Virus record (IMG/VR): IMGVR_UViG_3300017917_004576
Span: 1-64,000 of that record
Source: a virus
Length of the DNA: 64,000 bases
Direction: 5' to 3' (one strand)
Notes under the pieces: model-generated
What the model saw: only the letters and a program-made list of their open reading frames with translations
What the model was told of the DNA's origin: nothing
Database searches by the model: none
Made by a program: the position numbers and the translations under genes
Shown: positions 51,301 to 56,729 of the stretch, in pieces
Layout: each line of letters opens with the position of its first letter
Position numbering within the stretch: position 1 is the first letter of the stretch

Positions 51301-53155
51301 AGAAGAAACCAATACGAATAGGGCTTCAAGATCATTGGATGTTCTTAAAGGGACAGTTGGGGCAAAAGATGCTGCATATTCAACTATAGAGACTATACAA
51401 GCATTACAAGAAGGTAGAGGATTGGACGCTGCGATTGGTGGTTTATCTATGATTGAAAATATTAGTAATATTAGTCCATTAAAAATGGGACCTGTTGGTG
51501 ATATTGCTGGTATAGCGGGATCGGCGACAAACATTGCAAGGGGCATATATGAAGCTACTGGTGGAAATTTTGACAGACTACAGGAACAAGGACTTAGTGA
51601 TGCATTAAACATAGCACAAAACACATCCTCACTAGCTGGAACAACAGGATTATCAAAAAATTTAGGAATCGCTGGAGTTGTTTTACAAACTGGCAAAGAT
51701 GTTTATGAAGAGATTACTTCTACGCCAGATACTGTTGATGCTCAACAAAGAGGTATAGTAGAACGAGGTCTTTTAGCAGCTACCACAGGAAGCGGAGATG
51801 TTGGAGGATCAGATTTAGCAAAACTAGTAGGTTTTGAGCGGGATAGTTCTGCAGATATCATGGCTGCTTATTATGAGAATGTATTAAGTAAAACAGCACA
51901 AGGGGCAACGGTTGGTGGTGTTCCAGGAGCTATAGTTGGATTAAGCACAGCTACCGCTGGAGAGGTTTATAAAGCAGGATCTGGTCTTGCAAGAGATACA
52001 TCTGTCGCTAGAGAATCTCAGGCCAAAACAGATAGAATGTTAGAAGAAAGCAAAACCAAAGAATATGTAGTGGACGACCAGGGGCTTTTAACCCAAGTAG
52101 ATAAAAAATCAGATGATTGGAGTATGGGCATAGATATAAGCACAGAATCAGCTATTAAAGAAGTGGCTATACTTCAGGATAGAATACAAGAACTTGAATC
52201 TGCTCAAAATACGGGATCCTTAAGCTATGATAATCAGGATATAGCATCAGCAATATCGCTAGAACAAGAAAAACTAGGCTTAGCACAACAAAGATTACAG
52301 AATCTAGCCGTTCAACAAGTAGATCAAGAGAATTGGACATTCTCCGAGCTCGGTACAGATAGTCCAGAAGTTAAAGCTAGATTAGACGAATTTAATAGTA
52401 GATTAGCAGCAGCAATAGATCAACTTGGTTTAGACATAGTAAATAATTTGGATCAAGCCAAATTAGAACAACCTGTTACCAAAAACAAAGGAGGATTGAT
52501 TTATGCTAGTAATGGAACATTAGTTAATTTTAGACCAAAAGGAACAGATACCATACCAGCCATGTTAACTCCTGGTGAATTTGTTATAAATAGAAATTCA
52601 ACACAAAAATATAGACCAGTATTAGAAGCTATCAACAATGGTAATTACAATAGAGGCGGAATAGTTAATTATCTTAATAAGGGTGGATATATTCCAGAAT
52701 ATAAATTTATTGGTGGATTAATGGGATCTGCAGGATCTGCTATCCCATCCTTTGATTTTACTAAATATCTGAATAGTCTGGTTGGATCTATTAGTAGTAG
52801 TATAACAGAAGCTTTCGATAAAGCAGTATCTAGCCTAAAACAACCAAACAATGCTGCTGGTGGTGTATCTAATAACGGGGCCGATCTTACTAGTATTGAT
52901 AATTTTGTTAATAGATTAAATAATATTGCTAATATACTTAGTAATATTTATATACCACCACAAATTACTATAACAGGAAAACATGATGTTGTTGTCACAA
53001 TTAATGGAGATACAGTATTGAATCAATTGCGTCCGGATATAGCCGGAATAGTTATATCTGCTATTAGAGGGGCGTTTGCGGATCTTAAAGCAAAAAATCC
53101 AGAAAATAATACTATTGATTTTAATATAGATATAGATCCTAGAAGATTTACATAA
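36395..53155 (+). CDS. Giant tape measure protein (5586 aa) with multiple cargo domains
   Basis: N-terminal tape-measure core (EFDKELVRLQQVTG...LAQAGLS...RESAETIATGLRTIFTRI); repeated GG/GTDTVPAMLTPGEFVVN blocks; HAD, HExxH and GNAT-like motifs. Confidence 0.88.
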   Translation: MAQAFNLTAQLNLRGPSNVRQIVSDVKKQLGTITGDIKFNIDPSAINNTTKLSKSLQQLSSDLSSVSSNATAAASAIKNFGQSINSISNSSNKLSSNINKTISSSGNLGTTVTKTAKNISVARTEMEEFGRQSALAIRRFAAFSAVTGVFFSLNRAINSGLKSFIEFDKELVRLQQVTGQSADGLKGLQDEITRLSTGLGVSSDSLIQVSSTLAQAGLSARETEQALKALALTELAPSFDDINQTVEGSIALMRQFGIAAKDLEKALGSVNSVAAAFAVESSDIIAAIQRTGGVFATASKGVSEGADALNEFIAVFTSVRATTRESAETIATGLRTIFTRIQRQGTIEALKEFGVTLTDAEGKFVGAYKAVQLLSEGLSSIDPRDIRFSQIVEELGGFRQIGKVIPLIQQFATAQDALRVAQAGQGSLAADAAKAQLSLANQIAKVREEFLTLIRSLGQSDTFQTLARGALTFASGLIKITDAVKGVLPSLAILAAGASFRGLSQFTSGFIGGLKKVPKGGPGAQQPQSVVGSIGRNIGSSLVGAKTEQVSRDLDQNSAALDKLSGKIDSLVSSMSSINGLTSGITALNTNLVSINSALASYNSALLNNTNALSSNSSSLENVYAALVNLDATLDRKDFGGGGPTTASGGGRILGFSKGGSVPGSGRGDKVPALLEPGEVVMSNRAVNKYGRGNLVNMNKRYFKGGIAREKLQTLVEKSNSIKKYINDTINPDDEALTKIVPFRVDLDDNDFREMKQIMIDTERQRLRYLETYRDDPTANKQVGQRARSSKDPRTVVGFLGLKKPESHWGPGNAFQQHLIKRLNISPSDMPPNLGTPQEQFKDIIDEHYAVLDYQDGDAKFWKDLSYFDTQPGKIDILNKQFKNVVNNNQLKPKPTPNYELFTLPDTRVYYPEIGTKEQFMRDYAAFTTADYAKTHLPAGAYSIGGKIQKFAGGGEALQSKLSTIRTLLGEFYGGDEQLISKSISNSMIIDEARADKIIANLESSRSQLPLFKKLFSEKSSSVGVLNGFPIARYGAIGGTETMRFDELKDEETIREFIKRGKLATQASRGPVGKRIVYGDQKAARRRFAVGGTVEGIAAKEKKSIETVILEQLSSFGDASGVKKILGLGAGEREISSILNASNIRAGKNIEKAIKFINRALAKTGKQDAAREAKEAAMRKVAIAGLFPLDYNKDFSDWKLEDGREIYGYVRGFQSSFLPQIEAMQEANRATRQKFAEDIQDTAALGGLGNRNIQGPIQPLAIDFDETLALGTKMLDENGEEDLPAYSDRKKVMESLAQARPTSLAKRLASIEQKNPGYVRMFSRILTARPQSTADIIASTLNRFGLPYLEQDVTGVSQGLGTNIAKAKAADVARAEKLIDDNEKNIRATMAAGKSTFRYGEVPELKGPAEEKFGQSNIEGGMLEAALSQLLGYNINVDALQRNRAIDFPNGLGRGAQLFGLPPNIETEVKRTLDGDSFSKAREEFSRYFKENPQAFAKGGTATFGSGAFKFPKRISNAYVREMEKLLEQEQMEKVFSTYPGNERMVVDEEAVKKGYESPFTRELFINSFKDKINRNTVFERMGQFARVIGLPPTDLLSAIPTQLDFGVNYPATALFSKDPSGPGTRGLQGVDLTPYGYTEQDKQDLFGYTKLIEEKKKQILKTIKTPVTTYEDGSFSYDTALAEKLRAELDDLQKQQRSLIDKNNAAIKAAKESRLQSANQSGRGSVGIATNPFNTSQRQDYSILYHELTHQLFNSLRTKNAQSFEAYKAKVSSLFSGNNDDVADAFDALVGNTGYNSADVAYGRSYKLSGLSSLMIGSAKESFAKYVNSDPEYIPELRKTWAATNSTTTAKAFKPLNPKVNDILLRGKISQDVIDKYEDNGKEEFLTTLIQKLPLLDENLSGVLDSTLDDLLGGAGISRQKFALGGLADSKDAMSGLMQGLYGNRNQQTDKKEKDFGKISITEDGDMLSVGYLKNDSRSGYVQAMKYKDNLWYVGLSKATKGYGPRLYDVAMEAVTEKGAMLTSDRSMVSADAQKVWAYYFKNRGDVKKTPLEPENWTKNQALIDPKLYGRRETWPPATDPAWILQSGYSKSPTLLNDPEQVKRNNNKAKKPIDSRSMALSYFQRADGGPISRFADGGSVPALVSNGEAYVPPKLAKRIGYGTLDRMNQADKNGMGRFSDGGISVFKGPGSGTSDSIPTNLPVGSFIIREKATKALGLNSGGIVGIRRFKDGDKVSYGRKDTTGIRMPMPDLGFLKTSAILLVDSFRTTEQMISNSYSAWQEIDKVAPILAKTLDRYYSTIDATLDDASLMVQSYRAVVVSLAKQGKTTAEVDAIMTHYIDALNKAIDTYQNPAPIESPKSTTTYTVTPPRPRRRNRSSLSPTPPPVPKSAEQKLAAVENEAIAQRIESKERIKSEYDPLYRAASSREDKQAIQDEARLKFQAVDATIQANKAAQQQIILQELLAQRAKEANQSTEEYISGLQQEIDTRSINIMEQDFSNVLGPDVPSTQEARQQALSETIRSRGLQAFDVTDLGQGTNIKDIISQISETKNKAQAAATANDYLALRARLAGQSLEEYSQSLSDQALNLAEQFKNNLPRALDSFQEQLFDAKQSLENISAREAKGEYANQEGQERKAIDISQLEESIGDTLENILGENFSGDDRNKILQDIMEKLKNADSTQAFNVQSLSDAIKQISTDEAIASRATATVAAQNKIQPNQITGATAEALKSRGETQQLFKEIDKISAKFSKFGLAIGAAGSVIAKFIDATESRSAAMAAAAISGGTSTASTLAVGVGQGLQTLKDLSDPKGLFGNTGIGKLAGSVLPGLKEVLTGPFGIIAGAGISLAAAFKDAYNAAREFDKQLNTKTVENSLSKVGTMFDQFGKDMSQKDLLGDISKELNTAISAAMKNINIDATVPKMFWVNMIDAAMGGSEAAQRSIVLEKQGVGAYFNTIMPGGNQQLESYMSDLAPQLASQQSASLKPAAENAFRLFEQQLRTGSSSDDIMDQLKTAGGGVSQFATAIARSNPIIEEQIIKTQARADISDTEKQKIVDSIIAREAEKQTILNTTATLRQIEFEKLNKGTDSFVNSLERIYSNMEMSINKASFDIQKLSASADLASEALSGNAKAGQINLEAINVLQNRRAYSPEQQNQAVDLAGSFFGSTSPAISSILNIGDKLESTILQTINRTRGAEPGATNERVLASIRSALDRQLTDLQIPDSLVPSISNQIRDALKDISTQGDLDTVNFNEIAEKVPALTKQIDAARRAQETAVRALEFYQSQLNEYANAMNSMVELQFNASKDFARASDIISSSSDELSKAFGREISLRDTLTQSLGKTRRQTGGATDPVDISRNITNLENSRKILQGASETAAAKGPAAQDEFKIMQDRLRNNNLALRQNFDALKNLADSSEIASAALNKIQEIQQRRQAGANLIEKLVTSSPEEINKLNSAIARLQNNMMGVANVGTTSEQRGESLQAFNMIAPLLGEGAKQNELRANVLESMLLESGQGVNPMFAQVLDSLRNPEGDPEMQEAISVYKEGVNLQASANSRLGEIKQLMLENTADAAAEKLKVAMQGVKFTFEETVLSDIRSEIINLKKLVEKRGPAAAGLANGGIVYASNGRMIDFQSKGTDTVPAMLTPGEFVVNRASTKRNLPLLQSINKNKGGKVNYLADGGIVPGFGWSNRKTETELRRNRTDTDLETQDRFMVFQDDKDPTSRNDNFKEYIIGPAVSYKQGPIPEEKITGGELKNLSVLQNSTRIHNDTPGFFLKTIKTFYSGSSDEYGRTALPIVLKSDSSISEEFRRGLKNITLFQKPEIISKQKRLVMPQIEKYKEYYSKLITKLDNNINFKDIIENTPKDTSDVSIKLNNSTPYNVETTIDNLSSISKDKKYLLDSNINDFVKDALYPLFTPGSTVPAGWTVNNKDYSNSKDLASKIKPEILPKDYDLIDIVKENLDRLKRIDINNPRFFQETQGSQNRKENVSLLKDFYDGKLFSIQLDDSVLDGEKAKGKSLPLTLYNINNEQDWLDKIRNYQDELDKIDPEMLSKTLPINPTNFIRLDDKINRSSKIFPWTGKDFNSITKIDSENFVKDSRGSFLKNQYFGPITTENQGDEKSGLMFPYKIVSKGTTYDESIRGFDRPLEKYMVISSDTKNETAPFANLTKSLYIPATNWDDFIIDLKSQIEANQKDPTTGYDFNYAFNPVNSDLNKYMSAPDIRQAQENHAIVPSTDGTLNVNDIFFRNQAYSDFLNKKEAEEAQSKAIDSAKKKFRVTLEDTEAFTNAKKVGVARALFDIGKKQLGLTSSKPTNLDGVRSVISELSQKATQLSKNFSKAAPNQRITNPQWLMNDAYRAFFVELYKGQYSGKDDDTPQFLKGLGLPIDDADFGPGANPIDVPGFRGKKESPYRDYNAAALGRAQTAIKNIINREIAMKSGTAFAGKLSDEDKQKLKISSSDARIYKEGSDTFYQPGEDIVPKSYQQVAEIGLNPRNVFPTETFRSDNYLNALQELYKTGTDQNGNLVFNYGDPSALTAAKSIDILKNWYTNYQDKYLNLGADFAESQVSLQDAATQADLNAYKESTAQPAHAFLTGNKYGVLPDSNRLLDQIQLEIKEPIKRARGGLIYASNGTLVNFQPKGTDTVPAMLTPGEFVVNRAATQKNLPLLQSINSGKYANGGVVYAQNGGSIRSQSFSSGDDDSETINAIYTVTKATLSGNNRLNQLIILTNDIIKNLQALIDTNSYLIPINSNVQDLTSYIKTIDFCCRDSVSSSEDRPKDVQDSAPEGSGEPPQIPRPVWLDELNNIPKPSWLPINMEPNYPEWLPIIIDRPIWLDELTNLNKTITIEPSFEIPIPLEKFGCCKDETGQSITPLPRYPEDPNQPITPLPTVKPPIFAESSYQPGEKQLSAKDFPYDIDVPKQIDIAPAMPSRNSRMDDVDERLGVNTPEQSRRYWAEEERAVDDRKRVREETNTNRASRSLDVLKGTVGAKDAAYSTIETIQALQEGRGLDAAIGGLSMIENISNISPLKMGPVGDIAGIAGSATNIARGIYEATGGNFDRLQEQGLSDALNIAQNTSSLAGTTGLSKNLGIAGVVLQTGKDVYEEITSTPDTVDAQQRGIVERGLLAATTGSGDVGGSDLAKLVGFERDSSADIMAAYYENVLSKTAQGATVGGVPGAIVGLSTATAGEVYKAGSGLARDTSVARESQAKTDRMLEESKTKEYVVDDQGLLTQVDKKSDDWSMGIDISTESAIKEVAILQDRIQELESAQNTGSLSYDNQDIASAISLEQEKLGLAQQRLQNLAVQQVDQENWTFSELGTDSPEVKARLDEFNSRLAAAIDQLGLDIVNNLDQAKLEQPVTKNKGGLIYASNGTLVNFRPKGTDTIPAMLTPGEFVINRNSTQKYRPVLEAINNGNYNRGGIVNYLNKGGYIPEYKFIGGLMGSAGSAIPSFDFTKYLNSLVGSISSSITEAFDKAVSSLKQPNNAAGGVSNNGADLTSIDNFVNRLNNIANILSNIYIPPQITITGKHDVVVTINGDTVLNQLRPDIAGIVISAIRGAFADLKAKNPENNTIDFNIDIDPRRFT

Positions 53156-53156
53156 T

Positions 53157-56100
53157 ATGAATAAAATAACTAAAATATTTAATAATATAGGTTTTTATTG
53201 CTCTATTAATCAAAATATTATTGTTCCCAATAAAGCCATAGCAGGCTATAAATTATTAGAACAAGATAGTATTGGATATTTTATACCATATTTAATTCGA
53301 AATATAAAAGATGGATATAAATGGGAAATTGGAGTTGGTGAAGTTCAGATTGTTGATAGTTTATTAACTATTAAAAAAGTCGAAATATCTAGCTCATCAA
53401 ATAATAATAAGTCAGTAGTATTTACTGGTAATGAAAATGAATTTTATCTCTTTGTAAATAATACTAATTTTAATACTAGTTTTAATAATGTTATTCTTAA
53501 AAATGATCACTTTACTATTGATAATGTAACAAGCATTTATTTGGTAGATAATAATGATAAAAATATTGATTGTGTATTGCCTCAATCTAAAAATGCTAGA
53601 AATCTAGTTATCGATATCAAGCCCATTTCGTCTGCCCATAATGTGATTATTAGAAATCATAACGGTTCAATTTTTGAGTCAACAAAAAATTCAATCAGGC
53701 TAGTTTGCGATGGACAAACTTGGTACATATTAAATGAGAATGATCACTATGATTATGCTTCGTTATCCAATCCAAGTTTTTCTGCTCAAAGCAATCCTGG
53801 CGGGGCAGCATATTCTTTTCAATATAATGATGGATCGAATGGACTACTAGGATCAGAAGCATATTGGAGTTCTGGCGATACTAATAAGTTACTATTAGGA
53901 TCTAGCTCAGAGTCTCTGGCTCATACTGTTATACCGACTTCTGGTTCGGCAGATACAATATTTAATCAAGATTATCAAGCTAGCGATTTTATAATATATG
54001 GTAGTGGACAACCATATAGAAATTTATTTTTCAGTTATGATGGTAGAGTTGGTATTAATATTCCATCTGGATCCAGACCTCAAACTATTTTTCATGTTGT
54101 AAATTATAGTTGTAGTGAAATATTAAGACTAGAAAATAGAACCAGTTGCCAACCAGCTAAACTAACTATTTATCACAAGCCGTCATCATCACTATCTGAC
54201 AACACAGTATGTTCGATATTAAATTTAGCTGGTAAAGATTCTAATAATATTCAAACAGACTATGCTCTTATTAGAGGCTTGGCATCTAGTCCAACAAACA
54301 GACACGGTGGCTTAGTATTAAGTATTGCTTCCGGAAATAATCAACAAAATATAGTTTCTGGAGATTTAAGTAATATTAATATAGGATATGATAATAGTAA
54401 ACAACTTAATATCAGCAATAATGGAAATGTCGCATTGTCTGGTTCGAATATCAGCGCGCTCGGATTATCTTCTGTCACGATAGGAACCAATAATGCAAAT
54501 ATAGTGTGTAATAATAATAGTATAACCACAAATTTCAATACATTATTTTTGGGATCAGGATCAATAACTTCAAATGGAATTTTATCAGCTAGTAATATAT
54601 CTGCAAGCACAATAACACTACCTAATATTGCTGCTAGTAGTATATTGGCATTATCTAATAATAAAACAATAGTACCAATAAATGGCATATCTGTAAATAG
54701 TGGAAATAATGGTTTAATTTTTAATAATATTTCTGGTAATAAATTTTTAACCACAGACAGCAACAATAATGTTGTTGGCGTTTATGATACAGACGACTAT
54801 TTCTTGACAGAAAAAGATATTGTGTGGAACAAATATCAACGCAGATCATGCACAATATGTTTAAAACAAGTAATTTTTGATGATAGTATTCCATCAGAAG
54901 AATTTAGTATTGGCGATCAAGTAGAAATTATTAATGGAAATAATACTATATATAGAACTATTACCGATATGGTAATGGATCAAAATAGTATCTCAGAATT
55001 AATTCTAAATCAAAATGTAACAAGTAATAGTGTCGATAGCTTATCAGTTTTTTCCATATCAAAGGGTGGCTATTTAACAATACAAAAGAGTACCACAGAT
55101 ATAGATTCCGACTCAACATCTATTAGGCTTAGTATTAGACCTAATTTTGAAACAATTTTTAATACAGCACAAAAAAATATTGATTTTAGTATATATGGTA
55201 CGGATACCATACCGGCTTTTAAAGTATATGCTAATGTTGGCTCAAAAACACAAATATCTGGAACATATTATAATTATGCTACTGAAAATAATACAATAGC
55301 ATCCATACCAGTTAATATTGGTGGTAGCGGAATAAATAATAACTTTAGTTCTGCTAATTTTAAATATAATAGTAGTAATAATGTTTTTAGTGGTATAGTA
55401 TCATCTGTTGGAACCAATGGTATTAGTAGTCATTATGGAACATATGACCAAAATGGAAACGTTGCAGAGTGGCTAGAGCCAGATCCTATTGATTCTAATA
55501 ATTCTATTCAATATGCTGCTGGTGGATCAACAGAAACACATGATGCAATATATCTAAAAAGTATTGAACCCGCAGTTATAACTAGTGGGTATAATCATAT
55601 AGGATTTAGAATCGCCAGCGTATCCAATATAACAGATAGTTCACCAATAGGATCTATTCTAAATTTTAGTTTTCAAACAATTAACGACGCATATAACATT
55701 GCGGACACAGATAGTCTATATCTTAGGTCATCTGAAGAATCGTATGACACAGAAAATATATTCAATTTAGGATATGTTGATAGAAACTATAGAATTAGTA
55801 CATACGAAACAACTAATGCTCAATATGCTAGATATCTTAATGCTGTTGCCACAGGAATAAATTATACTAGTAGTGGATTGTATGATACTAGGATGGATAC
55901 TGAAGATAGCGGCGGTATACTTAGAAATACTAATGGTTCTTCATATTCTTATACTACAAAATTGAACATGGCTAATAAGCCAGTAAATTTTATTAGTTAT
56001 ATTAATGCTATAAAATTTGTTAATTGGCTACATAACGGAACTCCTTCTGGTATAGATTTTGCTGATAAATTAATTGATGAAATTTTGGACGATGGTGCAT

Positions 56101-56717
56101 ATAGTTTACTAAGAGAAAATAATAGTTATTTAATAACACATAATAGTAATAAGAAGTATTTCTTACCCAATATTCATCAGTGGCATAAAGCAGCATATTT
56201 TCAACCAGTACCAGCCGTACTTGTTTCTGGCAAACCGGTTGTGACCATAAATACAGACACTCCATATATTGTTGCAACAGAAAAGATAACTACTACTCAA
56301 TCTCAAAATACTAACTCAACAGTTGTTCCCAAACAACTTTTGGCGGATCTAACAGTAAGTGGTTGGCTAGTTGTTGATAAACTTATAGTGAGAGACGGAA
56401 CAATTGCTTCTTCACTGAGCGATATTGGATTTGAGCCAGAAGTACCAACTGAAGAAACTATTAGTGGACAAACAATTGTAGATGGAGATCCACCACCACA
56501 ACAAAATGAAACAGGTGGATCTAACAGCAATGTGTATTGGTCAAACTCAACAGCTTCTGTTAGAAAAGATGGAGTATATGGTGAAACAGAGCCTCCCTAT
56601 CCACCAAATGGTAATGGAGAATCATTAGATTGTGAAGACCCACTACTTATAGAGACAAATAATATTCCGTACTGGTGTAGACCAAGCGGTATATTTATAG
56701 GTCCTTATTTTTATTAA
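53157..56717 (+). CDS. Tail-associated protein with FGE-sulfatase (C-type-lectin-like) domain
   Basis: YGTYDQNGNVAEW...GFRIAS and YETTNAQYARYLNAVA...NKPVNFISYINAIKFVNWLHNG...LPNIHQWHKAAY. Confidence 0.7.
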   Translation: MNKITKIFNNIGFYCSINQNIIVPNKAIAGYKLLEQDSIGYFIPYLIRNIKDGYKWEIGVGEVQIVDSLLTIKKVEISSSSNNNKSVVFTGNENEFYLFVNNTNFNTSFNNVILKNDHFTIDNVTSIYLVDNNDKNIDCVLPQSKNARNLVIDIKPISSAHNVIIRNHNGSIFESTKNSIRLVCDGQTWYILNENDHYDYASLSNPSFSAQSNPGGAAYSFQYNDGSNGLLGSEAYWSSGDTNKLLLGSSSESLAHTVIPTSGSADTIFNQDYQASDFIIYGSGQPYRNLFFSYDGRVGINIPSGSRPQTIFHVVNYSCSEILRLENRTSCQPAKLTIYHKPSSSLSDNTVCSILNLAGKDSNNIQTDYALIRGLASSPTNRHGGLVLSIASGNNQQNIVSGDLSNINIGYDNSKQLNISNNGNVALSGSNISALGLSSVTIGTNNANIVCNNNSITTNFNTLFLGSGSITSNGILSASNISASTITLPNIAASSILALSNNKTIVPINGISVNSGNNGLIFNNISGNKFLTTDSNNNVVGVYDTDDYFLTEKDIVWNKYQRRSCTICLKQVIFDDSIPSEEFSIGDQVEIINGNNTIYRTITDMVMDQNSISELILNQNVTSNSVDSLSVFSISKGGYLTIQKSTTDIDSDSTSIRLSIRPNFETIFNTAQKNIDFSIYGTDTIPAFKVYANVGSKTQISGTYYNYATENNTIASIPVNIGGSGINNNFSSANFKYNSSNNVFSGIVSSVGTNGISSHYGTYDQNGNVAEWLEPDPIDSNNSIQYAAGGSTETHDAIYLKSIEPAVITSGYNHIGFRIASVSNITDSSPIGSILNFSFQTINDAYNIADTDSLYLRSSEESYDTENIFNLGYVDRNYRISTYETTNAQYARYLNAVATGINYTSSGLYDTRMDTEDSGGILRNTNGSSYSYTTKLNMANKPVNFISYINAIKFVNWLHNGTPSGIDFADKLIDEILDDGAYSLLRENNSYLITHNSNKKYFLPNIHQWHKAAYFQPVPAVLVSGKPVVTINTDTPYIVATEKITTTQSQNTNSTVVPKQLLADLTVSGWLVVDKLIVRDGTIASSLSDIGFEPEVPTEETISGQTIVDGDPPPQQNETGGSNSNVYWSNSTASVRKDGVYGETEPPYPPNGNGESLDCEDPLLIETNNIPYWCRPSGIFIGPYFY

Positions 56718-56729
56718 TAGGAATTAAAT

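Noticed and set aside
17627-56717. Diversity-generating retroelement targeting Mtd-like or FGE-domain proteins
   Set aside because: No reverse transcriptase and no template/variable repeat pair differing only at adenines was seen in this window; it cannot be excluded elsewhere in the genome.
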